Below are positions 1 through 8,745 of a stretch of 64,000 nucleotides of DNA, piece after piece. The stretch spans positions 222,584 to 286,583 of the forward strand of contig OY776510.1 in NCBI GenBank assembly GCA_963675665.1, written 5' to 3'. A model generated the notes under the pieces. It worked only from the letters and a program-made list of their open reading frames with translations. It was not told the DNA's origin and did no database searches. Made by a program: the position numbers and the translations under genes. This DNA comes from Spirochaetia bacterium. Its GTDB lineage: Bacteria; Spirochaetota; Spirochaetia; UBA9216. Each line of letters starts with the position of its first letter. The first letter of the stretch is position 1.

Positions 1-1003
1 TTAATTGTTGCGCCAGCTGACGAACCTTTCCAGCGGCTTTTCTGAGCCTTTCTTCCGACAGCATACTGCTTTCCACGCTTTCGACAATAAAATCTGCAAC
101 CTCATGGAGATGAGCCCCTGCCGCAACAAGCAGCAAATCTGCACCTGCACTAAGCGAATCCACAGCCGTCTGCTCAAGACTGCGGCCCATCAGAATGCTT
201 TTCGAATCGAGATCATCGCTGATTATCAGCCCTTCAAAACCAAGCCCGTGCGTGAGCAGATTGACTGTCTTAACGGATGTTGACGCGGGTTCTCCGTCAT
301 CGACAGCCTCAACTATTGCAGGGCCGAGCATTACCGTTTTTACCCCGGCCTTTATCCCGGCCCGCATTATGTTCATTATCGGTTCAAGTTCTTCAGGCGA
401 AGCCTTGCATACGGCTTCTTCAATCGCAGGATCACCTGTAATGTTCGGATAACCCGGAAAATGCTTCAAACTTGCTGATACGCCGGCCGACTGAACGCCT
501 TTAATGTAAGTACTGATTATCCTGAGCGCTTGTGCAGCGTCATTTCCCGGAGTCCGTCCCTGAAGCCAGGGATTACTTCCTGTCAGAATATCCGCTATCG
601 GGGCAAGAAACAGGTTAATCCCCAGCTTATGCGCATCAGCAGCGGTTTCGGCGCATACGGCTGCAAGCTCCGAATCAGTCATCCGGGCAGCTCCATCTAT
701 GTCGGGCAGGGGACTTACAAGTTTATGCAGCCTTTTTATTCCGCCTATTTCCTGGTCAACGGCGATTATTGCCGAACCGCAGATCGACTTTACTGCATCA
801 ATAATTTCCAGAAAATCTTCCGGTGCTTCGGTCCCTACCCTTGCATCGCTCATTCCGCGTCCGACATATTCTTCCCTCGATTCTCCGAGCAGTACAGACA
901 CACACCCCCTGTCGAGCATTTCCTTAACAGGATCTGCAAGAGCAAGGCTGTCGAAAGCCGGAAACATAACTGCGTAGGCCTCTTCTTTTAATGTTCTTTT
1001 CAT
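1..1003 (-). CDS. Glycoside hydrolase family 3, NagZ-like beta-N-acetylhexosaminidase (C-terminal end runs off the window)
   Basis: Absent from the ORF track because no stop lies in the window. My translation of the minus strand from ATG 1003..1001 gives MKRTLKEEAYAVMFPAFDS...AVDQEIGG...LKHFPGYP...GLIISDDLDSKS. These are the GH3 KHFPG and SDDL (nucleophile Asp) motifs. The frame stays open to position 1. Confidence 0.75.
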   Translation of the reverse strand, partial: MKRTLKEEAYAVMFPAFDSLALADPVKEMLDRGCVSVLLGESREEYVGRGMSDARVGTEAPEDFLEIIDAVKSICGSAIIAVDQEIGGIKRLHKLVSPLPDIDGAARMTDSELAAVCAETAADAHKLGINLFLAPIADILTGSNPWLQGRTPGNDAAQALRIISTYIKGVQSAGVSASLKHFPGYPNITGDPAIEEAVCKASPEELEPIMNIMRAGIKAGVKTVMLGPAIVEAVDDGEPASTSVKTVNLLTHGLGFEGLIISDDLDSKSILMGRSLEQTAVDSLSAGADLLLVAAGAHLHEVADFIVESVESSMLSEERLRKAAGKVRQLAQQL

Positions 1004-1013
1004 AAATATACCC

Positions 1014-1811
1014 TTATACCTTCTCATCCCATATTTCAGCATTGTCTTCAAGCATCCATAAATGCTCTTCAAGATCGATCCTGGTCTTCTTCCAGGGGTT
1101 ACCGTCAAGATGCCTTATACCCCAGACATAGTACAGAGCGTAACCCGGAGCCGCCGCCTGGGAATGAAAATCATCAGTAATCAGAAGCAGGCCGTTATGG
1201 TGCGTCTCAAAAACCTTTCCGTTGGTAAATCCCGCACCGAAGCCCTGGGGCTTGTCGTATCGGTAAAAATATACCTCAGGCTGCGGGTGCCAGTGCGGCG
1301 GGTAGCTTGACCATGTTCCCGGAAAATTGACAACTTCGCCGAGCACCATTGTTGAATACGGAGCAGTCGAGTAATCAAAAACCGTTCTTATATTACGTCT
1401 CATCTTGCCGCCGATTTCGCCGTTTGCCCCCGCTCTCTGGGTATGGATGTTGTCTGGTGTATAAAATTTTGGTTCAAAAGCAGTTGTGTTGGCCGACATC
1501 TGTATATAAAACTCCGAATGAACTTCAGCAGTGATTTCAATGCCGACACCCGCAGGCGTATGCAGGCAGTACGGATTGAAATCAAATTCATCAGTTCTTT
1601 CTCCCTTTTCCGATTTACCTTCCCATTTAAATTCCGCTTCACCTTTAATAAGAAGAGCGGCAATCTCTTTGCCGGCTTCAATGAATGAATAGCTCTCTCC
1701 GGCTTCCAGGACCAGCAATCCGACATCCATCATAGCCAATCTGCCTTCGGGACTGTCAAGTTTTATATATTCATTATATCCGTTTGTTATTTTATCCTTG
1801 CCGATATACAC
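1014..1811 (-). CDS. Cupin-fold sugar-acid isomerase, IolB (5-deoxy-glucuronate isomerase)/KduI-like
   Basis: 265-aa ORF with a GTG start and GGGAGG 7 nt upstream. FPGTWSSYPPHWH resembles the SSYPPHKH signature of IolB. Only a 10-nt gap separates it from the downstream GH3 gene. Confidence 0.65.
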   Translation of the reverse strand: MYIGKDKITNGYNEYIKLDSPEGRLAMMDVGLLVLEAGESYSFIEAGKEIAALLIKGEAEFKWEGKSEKGERTDEFDFNPYCLHTPAGVGIEITAEVHSEFYIQMSANTTAFEPKFYTPDNIHTQRAGANGEIGGKMRRNIRTVFDYSTAPYSTMVLGEVVNFPGTWSSYPPHWHPQPEVYFYRYDKPQGFGAGFTNGKVFETHHNGLLLITDDFHSQAAAPGYALYYVWGIRHLDGNPWKKTRIDLEEHLWMLEDNAEIWDEKV

Positions 1812-1841
1812 AGGTTTACCTCCCGATCATGTTATTTAAAA

Positions 1842-1871
1842 TATACTAATATATTAGTATATTTTTGTCAA
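1842..1871 (-). promoter_or_regulatory. Sigma70-type promoter with embedded 20-bp palindromic operator, upstream of the IolB-like gene
   Basis: The minus strand reads TTGACA (1871..1866), a 17-nt spacer, then TAGTAT (1848..1843). The perfect palindrome TATACTAATATATTAGTATA (1842-1861) fills the spacer and the -10. Confidence 0.7.
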
Positions 1872-1917
1872 TTCCTGAAATGCATAAAGATAAAAAATAT
1901 TACCTTTATAATAAATT

Positions 1918-3813
1918 TCATGCAGCAAGAGAGGGAACAAGCTCACACAGCCATTCAAGGCCCAGCGCCAGAAGCCTGCAATACTCAGGGGCGCCATCCT
2001 TTCCGGTCCATCCCGCCAGCCTGTAATAGCATTCCCGGGACTGCCTGAAGGCTTCCCTGTCGACAGACATTCCGTCCGTTATTCCGCCCTTCAGGGGTTT
2101 AAACAGTTTTTCGGGTAGTTTATCGTCCTCATTCGTGAACCCCTCGCGGATATTAAACACCCTCATCATCTGAAGCCTGCGCTCAGCAACCAGCATCATT
2201 TCATAAAAATTGGTATTCCACCCGGTTGAATAATTAATTGCCTCAACCAGTTCTCCAAGCGTATAGCACATTCCAAACCCGAAAGCCAGCAGACATACGC
2301 TGGCAGTATCCATCAGGCTGTATCCAAGCTGTGTCCGCCAGAACAGTTTTGCCTTTTCAAAATTCAATTCATAGGGGTCCTCCGCATTCTCAAGACCCAG
2401 AACCTGCAGGTCTTCCGCAAACGGTTTGTTTGATATGCTGGGATCCATTTCAATCGAGCAATGATCCGAACCGAAAGGGACCAGAGCATAAGTCAGGGCC
2501 AGTGCCGCTTTTGTCTGGGGCATATGCGCCGGAAATTCCTTGCCCTTTACCGTCAGCAGGTATTGCCGGCTTTCTTCTCCGTATTCTTCAGCAAGAACAG
2601 CAGATCCTTTTGCAATCTGCCTGCCCAAACCTTCTCCCTTTCCGGTCAGTTCCGCTATTTTAAGTGCGGATTCCACATTGCCGAAGCTGCAGTCTATTCC
2701 GTCGGTGTCTTCAGTCCCGATTAGCCCGTTTTCAAAGCACTCAAAAACAAAGCTGAGGGTTGCTCCGAACGAAATTGTATCAAATGCATATGCCGCGGCA
2801 ATTGCGTTTATCCTGCAAATTGCAAGCTTGTCGGAAATCCCCAGATTGGAACCGCACATTCCGACAGTTTCATATTCCGGCCCCCCGTATACGGGATCCA
2901 CCTCATCCGTCTTTTCCGGATCTACATGCCGCTTACAGCTCTGGGCGCAGGCGTAACAGGTGCCCGGTTTTATCAGCTCTGCGTTCCATGCCGCGGGAGT
3001 AAGTTTATCTGATTCGGAGAACGTTCCCGACTGCCAGTTGTTTGTCGGCAGACCGCCCAGGCCGATATTTTCATCGACACAACCGTCGGTTCCGTCCGTT
3101 TTAAACCCCTGATAATCTTCGCTGTCGCGGATACGGACAGCGCCCCGCTTTGCGATCTCCTTCATTCCCTGTTTGTCGCAAAAATCGGGATCAGTCTTGC
3201 CCCTCACCGCGATTGCCCGAAGATTCTTGGAACCCATCACGGCGCCCAGTCCTCCGCGGCCGTTAAAATGGGCAAGCTCATTTACAATATTCGCATACAG
3301 GCACAGATTTTCGCCGGCGGGGCCTGTCTGTGCCACCCTGATTCTTTCATCTCCGAGCTCTCTGCGGATTTCCTGCTGAGCCGCCTTTGTTTCAAGCCCC
3401 CATATCCTGCCGGCGCTTCTTATTTCAAATTCTCCGTCGTGAATCCACAGGTAAGAAGGCTCTTTTGCTCTTCCCTTAACAACAAGGGCGTCAAACCCCG
3501 CCTTTCTGAATTCGGGGGCCCAGTACCCGCCGGCCTCGCTTGCCATAATCCCGCCGGTCTGGGGCGATTTTGAAGTAACGGCATGGCGCGCGGCACCGCT
3601 TATCTTCGATCCTGCAATCGGCCCGGTTGAAAAAACCAGCACATTTTCCGGCGACAGGGCAGCTGTTCCCGGAGTCAACTCTTTGAGCAGATAATAGGTG
3701 CCCAGACAGCTGCCTCCTACATATTTCCGGTAAATTTCTTCAGCCGGCTCCTCAATTCTGAATTTGCCGGTTGTTAAATTCACATGTAATATCTTTCCTG
3801 CGTATCCTTTCAT
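1918..3813 (-). CDS. aor: Aldehyde:ferredoxin oxidoreductase (tungstopterin AOR family)
   Basis: 631 aa. The N-terminus MKGYAGKILHVNLTTGKF is typical of AOR. A Cys cluster GTCYACAQSCKRH is present, and length and domain order fit the AOR family. Confidence 0.85.
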   Translation of the reverse strand: MKGYAGKILHVNLTTGKFRIEEPAEEIYRKYVGGSCLGTYYLLKELTPGTAALSPENVLVFSTGPIAGSKISGAARHAVTSKSPQTGGIMASEAGGYWAPEFRKAGFDALVVKGRAKEPSYLWIHDGEFEIRSAGRIWGLETKAAQQEIRRELGDERIRVAQTGPAGENLCLYANIVNELAHFNGRGGLGAVMGSKNLRAIAVRGKTDPDFCDKQGMKEIAKRGAVRIRDSEDYQGFKTDGTDGCVDENIGLGGLPTNNWQSGTFSESDKLTPAAWNAELIKPGTCYACAQSCKRHVDPEKTDEVDPVYGGPEYETVGMCGSNLGISDKLAICRINAIAAAYAFDTISFGATLSFVFECFENGLIGTEDTDGIDCSFGNVESALKIAELTGKGEGLGRQIAKGSAVLAEEYGEESRQYLLTVKGKEFPAHMPQTKAALALTYALVPFGSDHCSIEMDPSISNKPFAEDLQVLGLENAEDPYELNFEKAKLFWRTQLGYSLMDTASVCLLAFGFGMCYTLGELVEAINYSTGWNTNFYEMMLVAERRLQMMRVFNIREGFTNEDDKLPEKLFKPLKGGITDGMSVDREAFRQSRECYYRLAGWTGKDGAPEYCRLLALGLEWLCELVPSLAA

Positions 3814-3828
3814 AACTCACTCATCCAA

Positions 3829-4080
3829 TCATCCCCCGCTCATATAGGGAAGGATTCTGATTTCGTCTCCTTCCTCAAGTTCAATATTCTTCTTTACCGC
3901 ACCCGTAAGACTTCGGTTATTAATCAGAATGTTATACGGCGGAACTATTCCGTATTTCATTGTCAGGTGCGCTTTTAATGTTCTTTCCGCTTTTTCAGGC
4001 TGCCTTTCAAGATCAAGAACTTCCAATTCCAGATTTGTCCTGTTTTTCATCCGGCCGCAGTAAACTATTCTGATATCCAA
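3829..4080 (-). CDS. MoaD/ThiS-family ubiquitin-like sulfur-carrier protein (C-terminal Gly-Gly)
   Basis: 83 aa ending ...RILPYMSGG. It lies immediately upstream of aor (15-nt gap), and its start overlaps the stop of the preceding gene by 16 nt. Confidence 0.6.
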   Translation of the reverse strand: MDIRIVYCGRMKNRTNLELEVLDLERQPEKAERTLKAHLTMKYGIVPPYNILINNRSLTGAVKKNIELEEGDEIRILPYMSGG

Positions 4081-5993
4081 TCCGGTACCCCTGTGCCGTG
4101 AATTTTTATCCTGGTTTCAATATATTTTTCATCCTTTCCTGAATAACCGCCGACGAATAAATCTTTAATCTCGCATTCAATCCCCGGCTTCGAACTTCCC
4201 TGCTTTCCGATAATCCCTGAAATAAAAACTTTACCCTTGTTACTGCAACTTTTCTTTGCTTCTTCCAGCCCGGTAAAAACTTCCCTCCCCCAGGGAGAGT
4301 AGGATGAATAAATTTTATCAGTGTCGGAATACCTGATTGTAATTTCAGCTGATTCGGTAATCCTTCCTGTTGCCGCCCCGACAGCATTGGCAACACCGGC
4401 ATGTTCCGGAATCTCGGCGTCAACATTCAGTATTTTTGCGGCGGCAGGAACCCATTCGGCCGCCGGTGCGCCTATCGCAACAAGGGGGCTTTTAAGCCTC
4501 AGGCTGATGCTTAAAAGCGGCGACAACTTTCTCCACTGAAATGATTTCTCATCGAGACCGGAACCTGATGCGATAATTGCATCGGCAATTATTTCAATAA
4601 CCCTTCTCTCCGTTATATCAAGAAGATCCTCCGGTTTCAGGGCTGCGCCCTCGGCGGCAATTCTGAACGCTTCTTCCGAAATATGCCTGTTCCATTCTGT
4701 AAACCGGCCCCTCGCATGAAGAAGATCAGTAGGCGTCAGACCTATTCTTTCAACAAGACCGCAATCAACAAGCTTATCCAGGTTTAATAACTCAGCATCA
4801 AGTTTCATTTTATCTGCAAGATAAAATAGCGAATGCGGAGCTTTTTTCAGACACTCGATCAGCGCCCTGTCGTCATCATCAAGATAACAAACAGCATTCC
4901 GTCCTGTGTATGCAAAACAATCGGTTTCATGCCATGCAAGAAGCTCATAACCGGTCGGTTTGCGACAGGTAATTATTTCGTCAAGCAGGTGCGGATATTC
5001 GGCAGCAGCCACGCACAGCGGTTTTACCCGGACCGGCCCGACTGAAACCCTTTTATCAGCGGATATCATGATCCGGCTGTCGCCGCCGATCCCGTAGGTA
5101 TATATTTCCGCGGCCCTGACGTGTGTTTTTCTGCCGCCCACAACGGCGCCGTCCGACTGCAGATTCACCCTGCCGTTTCTTACCTCGGCTATATCTGTTG
5201 TGGTACCGCCCATATCAAGCACTACTGCATCTTTACGGCCGCTTAAAAAGACACCGCCGAGAACGCTTGCGGCAGGCCCGGACAATATTGTGTCAATCGG
5301 ATGCATTACGGCATGCTTTTCATCCATAAGCGAGCCGTCTCCCCGGACAACCATCAGCCTTGCAGTTATCCCCTTAAGACTCAGGGCATGTTTCACCGAT
5401 TCGACAAGGTCCCCGATAACCGGTATCAGCCCGGCATTAAGCACTGCGGTGAGCGTCCGGTCCTCAAAACCCAGGCTTGAAGAAAGCTCATGCGCACAGA
5501 CAACGGGCAGGTTCAGCTCCGATCGAATAACCTCTGCTATCCTTATTTCATGTGCCGGGTTTCTTACGCTTGCATAGCCTGAAACAGCTACCGCTTCCGG
5601 CCGCACGCCCTTAAGCTCCTCTACCGCATCCGCAAGAGCTTCGGAATCAAGCGGCTCCTGTTCCCGTCCTTTTATGTCGAACAGGCCGTCTATGAAATAT
5701 TCGGCCGAACCCGGTAATGTCAAACCGCCCTTCTTTCCGATGGACACCAGTGCTGTCTTTCCACGACGGTTCTCAACTATTGCGTTTGTGGCCAGGGTTG
5801 TCGACAGACAAACCATTCCGACAGCATTCAGATTGTTAAAACCAAGACCTTCAATCGAGTTAATAATTCCGTCAACCAGGTTTGACCTGGTTGTAAAACT
5901 CTTGGCAGTGTAAAGAACATGATTATTTTTAAAATCAACAACGGCTGCATCAGTGAATGTTCCGCCTGTATCAATACCGAGAACCAGAGCCAT
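4065..5993 (-). CDS. Hydantoinase/oxoprolinase-family (ASKHA) protein, MutL/GlmL-like putative B12-mutase chaperone/reactivase
   Basis: 642 aa. The N-terminus MALVLGIDTGGTFTDAAVVD is the hydantoinase_A/ASKHA phosphate-1 motif, and a second motif VLDMGGTTTDIA is present. It sits directly downstream of a B12-domain mutase, as glmL does. Confidence 0.7.
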   Translation of the reverse strand: MALVLGIDTGGTFTDAAVVDFKNNHVLYTAKSFTTRSNLVDGIINSIEGLGFNNLNAVGMVCLSTTLATNAIVENRRGKTALVSIGKKGGLTLPGSAEYFIDGLFDIKGREQEPLDSEALADAVEELKGVRPEAVAVSGYASVRNPAHEIRIAEVIRSELNLPVVCAHELSSSLGFEDRTLTAVLNAGLIPVIGDLVESVKHALSLKGITARLMVVRGDGSLMDEKHAVMHPIDTILSGPAASVLGGVFLSGRKDAVVLDMGGTTTDIAEVRNGRVNLQSDGAVVGGRKTHVRAAEIYTYGIGGDSRIMISADKRVSVGPVRVKPLCVAAAEYPHLLDEIITCRKPTGYELLAWHETDCFAYTGRNAVCYLDDDDRALIECLKKAPHSLFYLADKMKLDAELLNLDKLVDCGLVERIGLTPTDLLHARGRFTEWNRHISEEAFRIAAEGAALKPEDLLDITERRVIEIIADAIIASGSGLDEKSFQWRKLSPLLSISLRLKSPLVAIGAPAAEWVPAAAKILNVDAEIPEHAGVANAVGAATGRITESAEITIRYSDTDKIYSSYSPWGREVFTGLEEAKKSCSNKGKVFISGIIGKQGSSKPGIECEIKDLFVGGYSGKDEKYIETRIKIHGTGVPDWISE

Positions 5994-6006
5994 ATACCGC
6001 CCTTAC

Positions 6007-7767
6007 TTATCTGGCACCGAGAAAAGGAATCGTCTTGCTCATGTTATTTTCAGCAAAAATACCAAGATCATGCAGCATGTGCTCAATATCGGTAGGCTCC
6101 GAATGACCCGGCAGAATGGCATTCATCTTTCCGCCCATAAAAATGGTGTAGTCCCTGCCGCGTTCTTTTCTCAGTTCGGCAAGCTGTCGACCGTAATCAA
6201 GGGCCTGTCCGTTATGGCAGCTTATTCCGGCAAAAAGAGTCCCTTCTTCATCCGCCAGATCAAGCAGATCAGCGGCATCCATATCAACTCCGCCGTTTAC
6301 TACTTCGGCGCCCATTGAAGTCAGCACCCCTTCTACAAGAAGCAGCCCGTAAGTATGCGCATCGGCCGATGCAATTATGATTTTTTTTCCTTTAAGGCTT
6401 CCTTCATACCCGGCCTTCAGCAGGTCTGAAACAATCTCATCTCTCATATCAACAGTCTGCCGGCCGAGTATTGTAGGCTGAAACGGCTGGATATCCTCGG
6501 TGTCTTCATCAAATGTACTGGGATGAAACATCTGTTCAAACTTGAGAGGATTAAAATTCCTTATAAATAAAATCAAATCCAGCGGATCTTTTACGTCGAC
6601 TCCTGCGTCAGTGCATCCGGCCAAGAAATTATCAAAGAAAACCTTTCCCTGTTCAACAAGGATGTCCCGCATCTTCTCAAGATACGAAAAATCCATAAAT
6701 TTGTCCCACTGATGAGCATATTCTTCCGCGCGCTTTCCAGCAAGAAAGATGTTCTGAAGCTCTTCAAGAGTTGGAACGCGCAGCTTTTCAGTAATCGCCA
6801 CGGGGTTAATGCCCAGGCCCATATTGTATTTTCGTTCGACAAGGATCTCAAACAGGTATTCCTGTACGCTTGCCCCGTAGTTGGCATGAATATCATGGTC
6901 CCACTGGCTGTTTGTTGAACTGTTTATATAGTGCAGGGCGGGCTGGTCTTCGGTTGAAAGAAGCTTGTCTATTGCCATGGCAATTGCCATTCTGGTATCG
7001 CCTTCGGTCAATAACCCCCCGTAAGCGACCATGTAACGGACATTGCATAACTGTGTGCAGATATAATGTTCGATCAGCGTATATCCTACATACGAGACGG
7101 TATCTATAAAATAACCGGGAAGCCCGTCGTCAAGATAAGTCTTCACCGCGAACATATCGTCTCTCTTCGCAGCAAGAATACCAAGACAGGTTACCATATC
7201 GGAAAACCTTTTCAGCTCATCCGTAAATCCCGGATACCCCCATACAATCTGTGAGAATTCCCCGATAAGCGAAGCTCCCGCCTCTATTGCCCAGATTGTA
7301 GTTTCCAGGCAGTTGGGAGAGGCAAGGTGATAATCGTTAAAAGTTACCTCTATCGGCGCCGCTTCCACCTGGGCTTTGTAATCGTCAAAGGTTTCTGTTA
7401 CAAAACTGGTTGTTGAAGGCGCGTTCTCGCGATATTCTTTCGGAAGCGCCACAAGGCCGCTGGGAATGGGCTGAAGGCTGTCCACTGAAAAACCAAGGCG
7501 CCGTGTAAATTCGTAAAGTTCCCTTGTAGCTTCAACCTGTTCCTCAAGAGAAGCCAGGCCCATCAGGATATTCCAGGTTATTTTACCTTTTTTCATACAG
7601 TCTTTTTTATAATCAAGGTAACTCGAATAACCGCTTTCACGTGCGAACCGGCTTTTCCCCGCTTTTATCGTTTTTCCAAGCTTTATTCCGTCTTTAAGAA
7701 TTTCATTCCCGTTTCTGTGGGGCCCGGGCCGGAGACTTTTCAGATATGCAAGCTTATTTTTATCCAT
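6007..7767 (-). CDS. Cobalamin-dependent carbon-skeleton mutase-like protein: N-terminal barrel region fused to a C-terminal B12-binding domain
   Basis: The C-terminal segment KKIIIASADAHTYGLLLVEGVL carries the DxHxxG base-off/His-on B12 motif, followed by a Rossmann-like GGKMN segment. I moved the start to ATG 7767 (MDKNKLAYLK) because AGGAG lies 8 nt upstream. The track start at 7788 would overlap the operator. Confidence 0.65.
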   Translation of the reverse strand: MDKNKLAYLKSLRPGPHRNGNEILKDGIKLGKTIKAGKSRFARESGYSSYLDYKKDCMKKGKITWNILMGLASLEEQVEATRELYEFTRRLGFSVDSLQPIPSGLVALPKEYRENAPSTTSFVTETFDDYKAQVEAAPIEVTFNDYHLASPNCLETTIWAIEAGASLIGEFSQIVWGYPGFTDELKRFSDMVTCLGILAAKRDDMFAVKTYLDDGLPGYFIDTVSYVGYTLIEHYICTQLCNVRYMVAYGGLLTEGDTRMAIAMAIDKLLSTEDQPALHYINSSTNSQWDHDIHANYGASVQEYLFEILVERKYNMGLGINPVAITEKLRVPTLEELQNIFLAGKRAEEYAHQWDKFMDFSYLEKMRDILVEQGKVFFDNFLAGCTDAGVDVKDPLDLILFIRNFNPLKFEQMFHPSTFDEDTEDIQPFQPTILGRQTVDMRDEIVSDLLKAGYEGSLKGKKIIIASADAHTYGLLLVEGVLTSMGAEVVNGGVDMDAADLLDLADEEGTLFAGISCHNGQALDYGRQLAELRKERGRDYTIFMGGKMNAILPGHSEPTDIEHMLHDLGIFAENNMSKTIPFLGAR

Positions 7768-7783
7768 AATAAAAACTCCTGTG

Positions 7784-7803
7784 TTCAATAATATATTAGT
7801 ATA
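7784..7803. promoter_or_regulatory. Operator copy (17/20 match to the 20-bp palindrome) between the gntR stop and the mutase RBS
   Basis: TTCAATAATATATTAGTATA compared with TATACTAATATATTAGTATA. The right half is perfect and the left half has 3 mismatches. Confidence 0.55.
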
Positions 7804-7849
7804 CTTTCATCCTGAATACAAACCGCCTTATCCGACAACAAAAAAAACA

Positions 7850-8542
7850 TTACTGGATATACTCCGGAAATTTTGCGATTATATCGTCGCTCTGCTCCAG
7901 ATATTTATGATCATGATGAACTTCTAGCAGCCGGTTGAGCTTTTCCGGATTACCCTCAGCAATGAAATTTACTATATCAAGGTGCTGATCATATGATGAT
8001 GCAAGAGTATCCGGGTAGTTCATATCAAGCATCAGAAACCGTACATAATGCGCCCTTGTATTTGCTATAACATTCCATATGGGACCGTGTCCCGAATTAA
8101 TAAAAATAGCCTTATGAAACATTGCATCCGCTTTAACATAACTTACTGTGTCATTTTTTGTGATGGCCTGTTTCATAAAAAACAAAGACTCCTGTACAAC
8201 CTCTTTAAGATCTTTTCTGGAAGCAGCCAGATCGATAAATATTTCAGTTTCGATGATGTGCCTCATATATGCCATTTCGCGGGCGATCTGCAGATTGATC
8301 TTGGAGATGTAAGTTCCTCTCTGAGGGAATATATCAACAAGCTGCTCATCTCCAAGGCGGATGAGCGCTTCACGGATAGGAGTCCTGCCTACATTGAGCA
8401 CCTCCTTCAGAGCTGCTTCCGTTATCGCCATTCCCGGTTTAAGCCTGAGAAACTGAATTGCATTTTTCAGCGATCGGTACACATTTACCTTGCTGCCGTC
8501 CATTTCAATTTCTATAGTGCCTGAATCTATTCCGCCTTTCAT
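7850..8542 (-). CDS. GntR-family transcriptional regulator (FadR/FCD-type C-terminal domain)
   Basis: 230 aa. The winged-helix segment LNVGRTPIREALIRLGDEQLVDIFPQRGTYISK is typical of GntR, and the C-terminal domain is all-helical. Confidence 0.85.
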   Translation of the reverse strand: MKGGIDSGTIEIEMDGSKVNVYRSLKNAIQFLRLKPGMAITEAALKEVLNVGRTPIREALIRLGDEQLVDIFPQRGTYISKINLQIAREMAYMRHIIETEIFIDLAASRKDLKEVVQESLFFMKQAITKNDTVSYVKADAMFHKAIFINSGHGPIWNVIANTRAHYVRFLMLDMNYPDTLASSYDQHLDIVNFIAEGNPEKLNRLLEVHHDHKYLEQSDDIIAKFPEYIQ

Positions 8543-8583
8543 TTAAACATCCTTAATAATTTATAATACAGATTGTCCACTAA

Positions 8584-8613
8584 TATACTAATATATTATA
8601 AGTATATTGTCAA
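8584..8613 (-). promoter_or_regulatory. Autoregulatory promoter/operator of the GntR gene
   Basis: The minus strand reads TTGACA (8613..8608), a 17-nt spacer, then TAGTAT (8590..8585). This is the same architecture as at 1842-1871. The operator TATACTAATATATTA-TAA-GTATA (8584-8606) has its right half displaced by 3 bp. Confidence 0.65.
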
Positions 8614-8745
8614 TTCTATTACCTATTTTATACGCTCCGGCTTAAAAAATAAAGAAAGACTGTCGGATAATTGAAAACAATCATTGAAATATTGAATACA
8701 TCTGTAATATTAAACATAATGGAGAGCATTTAAAGGAGAAACCGA

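Noticed and set aside
5-991. Plus-strand ORFs 5..283, 195..452, 530..991 and 699..977 from the track
   Set aside because: They are shadows of a minus-strand GH3 gene with clear KHFPG/SDDL motifs. That gene is missing from the track only because it has no stop in the window. The plus-strand products are low-complexity with no motifs.
7828-8670. 10-bp inverted repeat (TTATCCGACA / TGTCGGATAA) flanking the gntR gene
   Set aside because: A single 10-mer match is expected many times by chance in 64 kb, and there is no other sign of a mobile cassette.
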